Part shown: positions 24,273-35,612 of the stretch, one piece after another
Layout: the number at the start of each line of letters is the position of its first letter
Numbering within the stretch: position 1 is the first letter of the stretch
Origin: Raillietiella orientalis
Taxonomy: Eukaryota
Direction of reading: 5' to 3'
DNA: 64,000 nt
Assembly (NCBI GenBank): GCA_036172245.1
Contig: JAYWIR010000033.1
Coordinates: 372,001 to 436,000, forward strand
The notes under the pieces: model-generated
The model's input: only the letters and a program-made list of their open reading frames with translations
What the model was told of the DNA's origin: nothing
Database searches by the model: none
Position numbers and translations under genes: made by a program

Positions 24273-26705
24273 GGAGATTGAAAACTCCCGCTATCAGGTG
24301 AGCCTTTCGCACATTGGTATCCGCCAGTCAGACGCGCTTCAGGGTTTCCAGCAGCCTGGTGCGGTCGCGGTAACCCTGTTTGCCGCTGGGGCCATACACG
24401 TTTGTGACGATTAGGTCGATCGAGTCGGACCAGCTGAGAATCAGCTGACCGATCCGACCGTCGTCATCAAACCGCATGGCCTTTACGGCAGCGTCGATGG
24501 CCGGCTCCACGAAGAACGCGACCCCGCAGGTGTTGCGGAGGCCGCATCGCCAATACAGCCGACCCCCCGCGATCGTCTCGATTTCCTGGACGTCTGCCGC
24601 GGTGATCACGTGGATCTCCTGCAGCAGCGCCAGGTCGAGCTCACGCAGGGTGTCGGCTGTATCTCGCCTGTTGCCGTCGTCGCGCAGCCCGTTGACGTTC
24701 CAACAGGCCGCGCGAATCCGACGGCGACTGGCGAGCCCAGGTGTTAGTCCAGGGAAAACGGCGATGCGGCGACTGCCACCTGCTAAGGCGGGACGCTAGG
24801 TGGAGGGGGAGGAAGGACAGGTACTGAAGGCACCTTTGCCTCCTCCTCCATCGGTGCCGGCGCGTCGGCCGGATCACCCGCAGGTGGAGTCGCGTCTACC
24901 TGTTCGCCTTCCTCCATGGGTTCGGGCTGCTCAGGTTTTGCGACTGCAGGGAGGACTTCACGCTCCTGCTCTCCCTCCTCCATGGGGGTGGCCGACTCAA
25001 CGGCTTCCGGGCGTGGGTATTCCCCCTCCGGGATTCCCACGCTGCCGCTTCCTTCCGGTTTCTCCTCCTCGCTGGTGGAGGGGAGGCGCCTCTTGGGTTT
25101 CTGGGACTTGCGTCCCGAATTCCTGGGGGTGCCTCCGAGGAGGAGGATCCGCTTCCGGCCCCCAGGTCGCACTCACCTGCAGGGGCCTTCTTCGTCGGAG
25201 CCGACCTGCGTACGCCCTTGCGCGACGGGGTTTCGCGTTCGGCGAGCGTTGCTGCGAGCTCCTCCGCCGCTTTCTCGAAGGCCGCGTCTTCGCCAGCGGC
25301 GACCGTTGCCGCGGGCTGCTCCGCGACCTTATCGAGCGCGGCGTCATCGTTGACGGCGAACGTTGCCGCGGGCTCCTCCGCGACTTTATCGAACGCGGCG
25401 TCCTGGCTGTCGGTGCGCGAGTCTCGCGTCTCACCCTCTAAACGTAGATTGGGCTCGTCCACGCGAGTATTCATCGCGTCCGCATCAGCTGTTCCGCGAA
25501 CATTGCCGCGGGCGGACTCAGCAGGAACGGCTAAGCGTTCCAGTGCCACCGAGCATTCGCGGAGTTTTTTTTTTGAAAGCGGCGCGGCTTTTTTCTTGTT
25601 GCCGGCAGTTTTCTGCTCCGAATTTTCTTCTATCATCACTTTCTTTTTTTTCTCTTTTCTGGCCTGAACCAGCTGCCAACCCTCCTCCATTCCCGCGTCC
25701 ACGGGAGCTATTTCCTCCGACGTCTGTGCGGGAGGAAGGGAGGCTGGCAGTTGGGAACGGCCATTTTCGCGAGCTGGTCTTTCCACCAGCTTTCCACGTT
25801 TTCCCTGCGCCTTTTTGGCGGCAGGGGGCACCGGGGTGGGGCGCTTAGGGCACACGCGCCGAACGTGACCCTTTTCGCCGCATAGGTGGCACACAATGTT
25901 CCAGCACCTTTTTCGTAGATGCCCTACTGCAATGCAGTAGCCACAAAATTGGCGTTTCCCCACGTACCAGAGGTCCATTGCTTCTTGGCAGACCTACAGC
26001 TTGTGGGGAAGCGCAACACCCTCTTTTACTGTGATACGCGCCGCAGCTTGACCTCCGAAAAGGCTATTGTAGCCTTCGAAAATCGTGGACTTCGGCCACA
26101 ACGCGTGCACTTCTCCGTGCTTTTGTAGCTGTTCTAGAACCGCTGACCTTGTCATGCGACTGGAGATCCCAGTGAGATGGACCACCACCGAGCGGTCCAT
26201 CGTTATCGGCAAGATCTTCCGACCATCAATGATCACCGGGTCGGTGATCTGGTGTAGGGCCAAGGTGATATCCTTGCGTACCACCTCGACCCGCTGTCCG
26301 TCGCTGAGGACGCAGATGCCCTCGAGATCTTTTTCAAAAATATTGGCGTTTTGCAGCGCCTTCGTAAAGGCGCGTGCAGTTCGCCCATCGAAAAGGTTGC
26401 CTACCTTGTAGACTAGCGAGGGTTTATACCCCGCTTTCTTGTAGGCTTCCATCTCGGCCATGGCTTCCACGCTAGGCGCGGCCACCATGGCGCTCCATGA
26501 CCTCGGCGTCGCCGAAGACGATTCCGGGGCGGATGCCCCTGATCCAGTAGGCTGTGGGGACGAACAAGCCTTCATCACGCCTACTTCCATCGCGGTGTCC
26601 TCTGGCAACGCTGCCTTCGGACACCGACGATGTGCACGCACAAATCACTCAAGAAGAAAAAACACTTGCTTTGCCACGCAGGCGGAGCGCAGGAAAAGCA
26701 CGTCC
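24273..26705 (-). mobile_element. Family Y element Y1, 5' part (5' UTR, ORF1, EN N-terminal half)
   Basis: GGACGTGCTTTT starting at 26705. ORF1 pieces 25994-26641, 24896-25978 (two CCHC) and 24783-25172. EN 24273-24744. Confidence 0.9.
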
Positions 26706-29699
26706 GCTCTCCACAGCGGGGATTAAGCGAAGCGCAGAGGAACGACCGGGCATACCAACACGCCCTCTTTACTCTAGGACTCCCGACGTTCGACGCCTGG
26801 CGGAGTATAAAGCTGGGGCTGAGCGACAGACTTGGCAATCCGGGTCGCCCAGCCTGCTGGACGCCCAAAGCCAAGAATGCTCAGCTCCGGCGAGAATAAA
26901 CCGCATCCTGCGGGACTATTACTCCTCCTTGTACGCGCGTAGAACAACAGAGAACGCCGTGGCGCAGAGCTTGCTGCCGCAATGCGCTTTCGCGCTGCAA
27001 GAGGAGCAGGCACATGAACTCGCGGAGCCTTTCTCGATGGCGGAGATCGTGTCCGCCATCGGAAAGCTCCGAAAGAGGTAAGCACCAGGGAAAGACGGAC
27101 TGCCCGCAAAGTTCTACCAAGGCTTCGTGGCGGAGCTGGCCCCCCTGGTGCATCGGCTATGCATGCTGATCCGAGAACAAGGGGACGTCCCCAAATCGTT
27201 CCGGTCAGCTAGAGTACGTCTCCTACCGAAAGGAAAAGACCATCGCAACGTAGGCACCTGGCGTCCCATCACAGTAGTGAATGCGGATGCGAAGTTGCTT
27301 GCCAAGCTTTGGGCTGAGCGACTGGGACAAGTGGCGGAATACGTGGTCAGTCCGGAGCAGACATACGCTGTTCCCGGACGAAGCATGGAGGCCAACCTGT
27401 TCCTCGCCAGTACTTGGTGGCAGTTGCAACAAAGCGTAGACCACGGAGGTCAAGAGAATCCTGGATTCTCCTCTGACCAGGGAGGGGACGCCCTTCATGG
27501 AACAGCCGCGCCCGATGCCTTTGAGGTCGCAGTCGATCTGCGTGAAGCGTTCGATTGCGTCGACCAGGAACTGCTTCTGGAGCTCCTGGAACGTTTGGGA
27601 TTCCCGGCCGTCTTCCGGGCTTACCTGCGCTCCTGCTGGCGCTTCGCTCTAATAAACATCTCTTTTAGCGGCCGGCACGTGTACGGCGTGCCGGTTCGCC
27701 GTATCATAAGGCAGGGTGACAGTCTGAGAACCATGCTCTTCAGCATCTACTTCGAGCTGGTGCTGAGGGCATACAGGGAGACTCTGGCAACCATGCAAAG
27801 CTCGTGTCCCGGCACGCCTGCCGTGTCGGCCTACGCCGACCACCTTCTGCTCCTGCTCCCCGGGTCCAACCCGGCGTCGGCGCTCGAAGATTTCTTTGAG
27901 TTGCTGCGCCGCGGGACGGGCCTCGAGGTGAACAGAGATAAATCTACAATCCTTCCAACATCAAAACAACTATTCAACCATACGGCGTGGGCCGGACAGC
28001 CGGACTGGATCCGCATAAGGATCTTTACGGGCAGGTGCTTGAAGTACCTTGGCGTTCCGTTGGGGGACTTCTGCGTTGCAGAAGCCTGGTACGACCGTCT
28101 CCAAACGGTGGAGTTGGCGATGGGCCCGTTCCGGAACGGCAAGTTTTACTTGCAGGAGCGGGCCGCGGTGTGGAACGCGTTCGCGGCCCCCCTCCTTCGC
28201 CCCTTACTTTTTGTTTGCCCCGCCCCTCCCATCATACAGAGACGGACCAAAGCCCTCTTGAGGACTGCCCTTTGGGGCACAGCGAGGTCGCGAGTCCGAT
28301 TGAAAGACTTGTGCGCTCCACGCAGGGATGGTGGCTTGGGCCTGCTTACGTTGGAGCGCATCCAACTACAGACAACACTTCGGAAGTTAGCCCTTGCGGC
28401 TAGCTTATGGATGACGCCATGGTGCGATCCGGCACGGCTCCTTGCCAGAAGAGCGACCGGCTGCGAAGGATTGTCCTCGATCCTCCTGGCCTACCAGCGC
28501 AACCTCTTCAACTGTGGCCCCGATTTGCGCCAGATGGTCTCCCTGATGAGGAAGAATACATGAATCTCCAGCATCCCCGCGAACTGCACTGCCTGGATTC
28601 AGGAGTCAGCTTCCGCGTGGGCTAAGATCAACGTCACGAGCGAGGCGGAATACAACTGCCTACGACGAGGACCGTACGCTCGACAGCCGCTGCAGGAGAT
28701 TATTAACACGCCCCGGAAGTTCCTGTGAACTTCTTTCAGCCCCCTTGCCCACGTTCTGTCCTCCCTGAAAAACACTAGGAGCAGCAACGAGCTGGCATCG
28801 TGGGAAATGTCCTGCCTCGTCCGAGGCAGGAAAAAACCTTTAAAGGCGTGGACGACTCGAGAGCTCACGGACGCTGCCACCCCGAGCGTCCCGCCTCACG
28901 GACTTGCGCGCTGGGGAGAGCTGCTCGCAATACCTCCGAAGGAAGTGAAGTGGCCCCCAGCGTGTTGGGATTGCGGCACACTTCCGTTGAAGTTGGAGGA
29001 GACGGCGTTGCTATTTCTGCACTGGGGACTGTTAAGCAGAGCACGCCTGTCTCACTGGACACTGGGAGATGTGGATGCCCGCTGTGTCGAGTGCGGAGAA
29101 AGGAAAACCTTCCCGCATCTCACCCTCGAGTGTCTCGCCCTGGATGGACTGTGGAGTAGAATCGCCCCAATCCTCCATCTTCCAGTAGGCGACCCTAAGG
29201 AAATTTACCGTCGCCTCTTTCTGCGTGACGGCCTGCGCCCCGCTGCGTCTCTAGCAGTCCTCTGCTGCGTGCGCGGCATTGTGCAAAGGTGGCACGCCAG
29301 AAGAAGAGGCTTAAGATGCAGAGACGTCATCCACTGGACGACGATCTTTTTAGAGACGGCGACAAGGTGGCGTCTACCTTTCACAATAAAAACTGAACTT
29401 GACTGCATCCTCAACAGGATGCGGAGGACCGATCCAGGCGCCCAGTGATCCCTTCTCTGCCCCCCTTTCCCCATATAACTGTTTTCCTCCTCGTTATCTC
29501 TCTTTTTTTTTATTTTTGTTCTAGTTTTCCCTCCCCATGCGCCTCGGGAATGGACCTAACCGGTCTATGCACCGGCAACAGACACGTCAACCAAGGTGGG
29601 AAAACCAAGTGTTTCCCACAATTAACTTTTGAAAGCCTTTATTATCTAATTTTTGTAAAAAATTAGAATAATAAATGCCCCGGCATATCCGGGTGGCAA
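26706..29699 (+). mobile_element. Family X element, 3' part (linker, RT, 3' end); presumed continuation of X2
   Basis: Resumes at the GFG-equivalent position. ORFs 27127-28563 and 28807-29448. AATAAA-hairpin at 29670-29695. Confidence 0.85.
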
Positions 29700-30200
29700 A
29701 CTTCGGCTGCAGCCGAGCATTGCTGGCCAGCGTCATCGAGGAGACAAGTCGCTCCAGACTGTTAAACCAGGCGCTCGGCCCTGGCTTTGTACTCCGCCAG
29801 ACGCTGGACGTCCGGGCATCGAGGAAAGGTACGCGCCTGCAGATAGGATCTGCTGTTCGCAACACCCTCATAGAATCCGCGGGGAAGCAGGTGCAAGGGG
29901 AGCCGGCAGCAGAACTCGAGGACCGATCTTTTCAGATCGTCCCATTCCTCGAGTTCACGGATGGCGAAGCCCCGGAGGTGTTCACGAAGATGCACCGCCG
30001 CCTTCGAATTGCTAAGCCAGTCGGCCGGCAACCTCCAGACATTCATCGGAGGCCCTTTGCAAGGCGGGAGGAGCTCGAACTCCAGTCTCGGATGATCCGA
30101 AATCGCGGCCAGGAGGAGACCTCTCCGACCTACTCTTGAGAGCAGGTGTTCATCGAGGAACGCATGGTCCGGCGATCTCTCCATCCCGGGCTCACTAGAA
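29700..30200 (-). mobile_element. Family W EN/linker fragment (continuation of W2)
   Basis: ORF 29762-30184 (PDH, SDH, FCCRLPLH). Paralogous to 5509-6010. Confidence 0.85.
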
Positions 30201-30228
30201 AGCAGCTCAAGACAACTTAAGACAGTCC

Positions 30229-33207
30229 GCGGGCAGACACATTAACTCGAGGAGCCGTTTTCGATGGCGGAGATCGTGTCCGCCATCGGCAAGCTCAGAA
30301 AGAGGAAAGCACCAGGGGAAGACGGTCTGCCCGCGGAGTTCTACCAAGGCTTCTTCGCGGAGCTGGCCCCCCTGGTGCATCGGCTTTGCATGCTGATACG
30401 AGAACAAGGGGACGTCCCCAAATCGTTCCGGTCAGCTAGAGTACGTCTCCTGCCGAAAGGAGGAGGCAATCGCAACGTAGGCAACTGGCGTCCCATCACA
30501 GTAGTGAATGCCCATGCGAAGTTGCTTGCCAAGCTTTGGGCTGAACGACTGGGACGGGTTACGGAATCCGTGGTGAGTCCGGAGCAGACATACGCTGTTC
30601 CCGGACGAAGCATGGAGGCCAACCTGTTCCTCGCCAGTACATGGTGGCATTTGCAATAAAGCGAAGACCAGGGAGGTCAAGAGAATCCTGGATTCTTTTC
30701 TGACCAGGGAGGGGACGCCCTTCATGGAAGAGCCGCGCCCGGTGCCCTTGCGGTCGCAGTCGATCTGCGTAAAGCGTTCGATTGCGTCGAACAGGAACTG
30801 CTTCTGGAGCTCCTGAAACGCTTGGGATTCCCTGCCGTCTTTTGGGCTTACCTGCGCACCTGCTGGCGCTTCGCTCTAATAAACATCTCTTTTAGCGGCC
30901 GGCACGTGTACGGCGTGCGGGTTCGGCGTGGCATAAGACAGGGTGACAGTCTGACCCCCTTGCTTTTCAGCATCTACTTCGAGCTGGTGCTTAGGGCATA
31001 CAGGGAGACTCTGGCAACCATGCCAAGCTCGTGTCCCGGCACGCCTGCCGTGTCGGCCTACGCCGACGACCTTCTACTCCTGCTTCCCGGGTCCACCCCG
31101 GCGTCGGCGCTCGAAGATTTGTTTGGGTTGCTGGGCAGCGAGACGGGCCTCGAGGTGAACAGACAGAAACCTTTCATCGTTTTAACATCACCACTACTTT
31201 CAAACAATACGGCGTGCGCCGGACGGCCGGACTGGATCCGCTTGGGGATCCTCACGGGCAGGTGCTTCAAGTACCTTGGCGTTCCGTTGGGGGACTTCTG
31301 CGTTGCAGAAGCCTGGTCCGACCGTCTCCAAAAGGTGTTGTTGGCAATCGGCCCTTTCCGGAACGGCAAGTTTTACTTGCAGGAGCGGGCCGCGGTGTGG
31401 AACGCGTTCGCGGCACCCCTCCTTCGCCCCTTACTTTTTGTTTGCCCTGCCCCTCTTATCATACAGAGACGGACCAAAGCCCTCTTGAGGATTTCCCTTT
31501 GGAACACAGCGAGGTCGCGTGTCCCATGGAAAGACTTGTGCGCTCCACGCAGAAATGGTGGCTTAAGCCTCCTTTCGTTGAAACGCATCGAACTGCAAAC
31601 AACACTTCGGAAGTTAGCCCTTGCGGCTAGCTTATGGATGACGCCATGGTGCGTTCCGGCACGGCTCCTCGCCAGAAGAGCGACCGGCTGTGAAGGATTG
31701 TGCTCAATCCTCGTGGCCTACCAGCTCAGCCTCTCGAACTGTGGCCCCGATTTGCGCCAGATGGTCGCGTTGATGAGGAAGAATACCTGGATTTCCTGCC
31801 TCTTCGCGAACTGCACTGCCTGGCTTCAGGAGTCAGCTTCCTCTTGGGCTAAGATGAACGGCACGGGCGAGGCGGAATACAACTGCCTACGACGAGGACC
31901 GTACGCTCGACAGCCGCTGCAGGAGATTATTAACACGCCCCGGAAGTTTCTGTGGGCTTCTTTCAGCCCCCTTGCCCTCGTTCTGTCCTCCCGAAAAAAC
32001 ACTAGAAGCAGCAACGAGCGGGCATCGTGGGAAGTGTCCTGCCTCATCCGAGGCAGGAAAAAACCTTTAAAGGCGTGGACGACTCGGGAGCTCACGAACG
32101 CTGCCACCCCGAGCGTCCCGCCTTTCGGACTTGCGCGCTGGGGAGAGCTGTTCGTAATACCTCCGGAGGAGGTGAAGTGGCCCCCAGCGTGTTGGGATTG
32201 CGGCACACTTCTGTTGAAGTGGCAGGAGACGGCGTTGCTATTTCTGCACTGGGGACTGTTAAGCAGAGCACGCCTGTCTCACTGGACACTATGAGATGTG
32301 GATGCCCGCTGTGTCGAGTGCGGAGAAAGAGAAACCTTCCCGCATCTCACCCTCGGGTGTGTCGCCCTGGATGGACTCTGGAGTCGAATCGCCCCAATCC
32401 TCCATCTACCAGTAGGAGACCCTAAGGAAATTTACCGTCGCCTCTTTCTCCGTGACGGCCTGCGCCCCGCTGCGTCTCTAGCAGTCCTCTGCTGCGTGCG
32501 CGGCATCGTGCAAAGGTGGCACGCTAGAAGTAGAGGCCCAAGATGCAGGGACTCCATCCACTGGACGACGATCTGTTTAGAGACGGCGACAAGGTGGCGT
32601 CTACCTTTCACAATTTAAACCGAACTTAACTGCATCCTCAACAGGATGCGGAGGACCGACCCAGGCACCCAGTGATCCCTTTCCTGCCCCCCCCTCTCCC
32701 CATATAACTGTTTCCCTCCCCGTTATCTCTCTTTTTGTTTGTTTTTTGTGCTAGTTTTCCCTTCCCATGCGCCTCGGGAATGGACCTCACCGGTCTATGC
32801 ACCGGCAACAGACACGTCAACCAAGGTGGGAAAACCAAGTGTTTCCCACAATTAACTTTTGAAAGACTTCATTATCTATTTTTTGTAAAAAATTAGAATA
32901 ATAAATGCCCCGGCATATCCGGATTGCAAACTTCAGCTGTAGCCAAGCATTCCTGGCCTGCGTAATCGAGCAGGCAAACCACTCCAGACTGCGAAAGCTG
33001 GCGCTTGGCCCTGGCCTTGTACTCCGCAGACGCCGGACGTCCGGGCATCAGGAGGAGGTACGCGCCTGCAGAAAGGATCTGCTGTTCGCAACATTCTATC
33101 CGAAGCTGCGGGGTAGCAGGTGCAAGGGGAGCCGGCAGCAGAACTCGAGGACCGATCTGTTCAGATCGTACCAGACCTCGAGTTCACCGATGGCGAAGCC
33201 CCGGAGG
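30229..33207. repeat. Tandem duplicate of about 27000-29980: X 3' part (+, to 32929) and W fragment (-)
   Basis: ORFs 30264-30659, 30822-32294 and 32298-32618 match the previous unit. Same X/W junction at 32901-32945. Confidence 0.88.
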
Positions 33208-35566
33208 TAGCTCGGTTACGACAAGGTCGATCGAGACGGAGCACTTGAGTACAAGGTGTCCCACTCGGCCTTCCGTGTCGAAGCAAACGCCGCGCATTGC
33301 TCCCGCCAAAGTTTCTCGTACGAGGAAAGCGACGCCGCACGCACGTGCGACGCCGCACCTGTAATGTAGTGTTCTGCCGGCACGGCGTTCGATTACGGCA
33401 GCCTGGTCTTCGGTGATGCTGTGAATCTTCTGCAGGAGCGTCAAGTCGAAGGCGCGCAGATCGTGAGCCACTAGTCGCCTCTTCTCCTTGTGTTGGAGCC
33501 CGTTGACGTTCCAAGACGTCACAGCAAGACGACGAGAAGACGCGATTGCCCTCATCACTGCTGGGAAAGCGAGGCCGTGGTGCTCGCCTCACCTGGCATG
33601 AGGGCAGTAAGCAGCTCGACGGGCTGGAGGGGGCGGTTTCCACCGGCCTCCACCGTGCTGCGCGTAATCAAGTGCTTCGCTCCGGGTGCAGAACCTGTGG
33701 GTTCCGGGGTAAGCAACCGCCGTTCCTCGGCGAGTGTGTCACGCCTCAGGGCTTCAGCTCTGCGGGCGCTCGCTCCCGCGCGAGTAACTCGTCGTTCAGC
33801 GGCGCTATCGGACTTTTTTACGGAGTCTGATGCTCGCGCCATCGACGTGCGTTCGCTTCCATCCGATCGAACCGGAATCGTCTCCTGGGCGCTGACAGAG
33901 GCGGAATTGCAAGCGTTGACGGCGCGGGCTTTTTCCTGGTCAGGAGAACCCTCCGCTTGTGTTAACTTGTTCACGCGTCTGTTCTTTGCCTCCAAAGAGC
34001 TCGCAAATGGAGGTTGCGAAGCCTTCTTGGGAGATTTTTCTTTTCTCCTCTCCACAACCTTCCTTTCTGCGTCACGATTTTCGGACGCTTCCGCGACTTT
34101 CGTCTCGGAAACCTCCGCAGTTTTTGCTGCCGCCTCTAAAGGCGTCGTTTTCGCCACGCCTTTAAATGGAGGCAGCGAAGTCACCTGCTTGGCAGTCGGC
34201 AGATTGCTCCTCTCTTGCCTAGTTAATGAAGGGGCGGCTGCATGCAGCGTGTTTTTGCGCAGCGCGCCGCGGCTTGCTACGAGTTTCGTGGCCGCCGCAG
34301 AGATGCCTACGTTGCATTGAGGATTTGCCGGTTTGGGAAGAAATAGCGGGTTGGACCTGAAAGTCTTCGCCTTATAGCTATCTTCTTGCTCACCTACCTT
34401 TCCTACCAAGGTTCTTCGGATATTTCCCGGTTCCTGGCTTGGAAAGGTGTTTCCCAGTACGGCAGCTAGGGCGAGCACGGCACGCGTGGAACCCTCGCGC
34501 CCGTTTTCAATTGGCTTCCCCGACGCGATTTCTCCCTTGTAGGGCGTTGCGGACGGGGACGCCTGTTGTATTGCCGCGCATTGCTTGGCTCTTTTGCGAA
34601 GTCTCTGCGAACACTGCTTTTTCTTGGGAGCAGCAACCGTTCGTGCGTTGGTCTCTTGAACGCGACGAACTTCCGCTGCTGCCCTTTTCTTTGCAAGCAC
34701 CGGGCACTTTTTTATTTCGTGACCGGTTTCTTTGCAATAGCGGCATTTCGTGATGGGACATTCGTTCATTCAGTGTCCCTCTTTGCCGCAATGCTCGCAA
34801 GCGCGAGTTTGTCCTAGAAACCGCAGGTGAACGACCGTGCCGTTCACAAGCAGTTGCTCGGGCACAACACTCTTGTTCGCGACGGTGAACCGCGCGGAGG
34901 CTTGTCCAATGTGGGCAAAGGGGAAATGCTTTAGAGGATTTGGTCTCCTTTACAGAGCGTGCACGGTGGCGAACTTCGCCTGTACACTTGCAACATCGCT
35001 GTCGGAGATTTACGGCTGGATGTAGCACAGTTGGACGACAAACGAGTCGTCCATCACGGAAGGCTGGACTTCCTTGCCACCGATGGACAACGTAGCACGG
35101 AGAAGACGCTGCACAAGTGCAGCGTTTTTGCACCGTGTTTTTGATTATTCCATCCTCCCGCAGGCATGATGGCAAGAAGCTCCTCCTTCCGAACACCGAT
35201 CCGGACGAGCTCATCGTTGAGCTCACGTTCGTTCCTCCCGTTAAGGGGCTCACTGACCTTATAACGGAGTGCAAGCATGTAGCCGGATGCCACATAAGCC
35301 TGCAACTCTGCATCGCAGGGTTCTGTTCCCTGGGAGGTGACGGCGGTGTAGCGCTTAACCGAAGGCGGGGAAACTGTCACGGAGGATGTGGCCGCTTCCA
35401 TTCCAATTGAATTGGGTTCAACGGCTGTCTCCTTCAATCCATTCGTAGAAGTGTCCATGCTGCACAACGCGGCTCCGTCCACTTCCAAGAAACACAGAAG
35501 TGCTAGCGAAAACGCACGCACAAAGATGCTCGATTGCGGACGCGGAGAGACGCGAAAACACGTCTG
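33208..35566 (-). mobile_element. Family W element W3, 5' part (5' UTR, ORF1, EN N-terminus)
   Basis: AGACGTGTTTT 5' end. ORF1 pieces 35054-35569 and 33555-34769. TGATG junction. EN ORF 33184-33558. Confidence 0.85.
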
Positions 35567-35612
35567 CACTGTGCGAGCGCACTAGATCGAACGAATCTCT
35601 GTATGGCGGCTA
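35567..35612 (+). mobile_element. About 45-bp remnant of a family A endonuclease (..IERIS..RL) between two W elements
   Basis: AGATCGAACGAATCTC matches A1 near 9333-9350 and the reverse complement of 59120-59150. Confidence 0.65.

Noticed and set aside
23104..24312. Apparent fusion ORFs crossing junctions (also 4100-5254, 15775-16983, 41771-42784, 44945-45568, 58329-59306)
   Set aside because: Chance in-frame read-through across insertion or inversion breakpoints defined by TSDs; no evidence of a selected chimeric gene.
2755..28563. YADH (W1 and X) and other YADD variants (HADD, YVND, YSDD, NADD) as a novel RT active site
   Set aside because: Close paralogues retain YADD and these copies carry other disabling mutations, so this is most simply decay.
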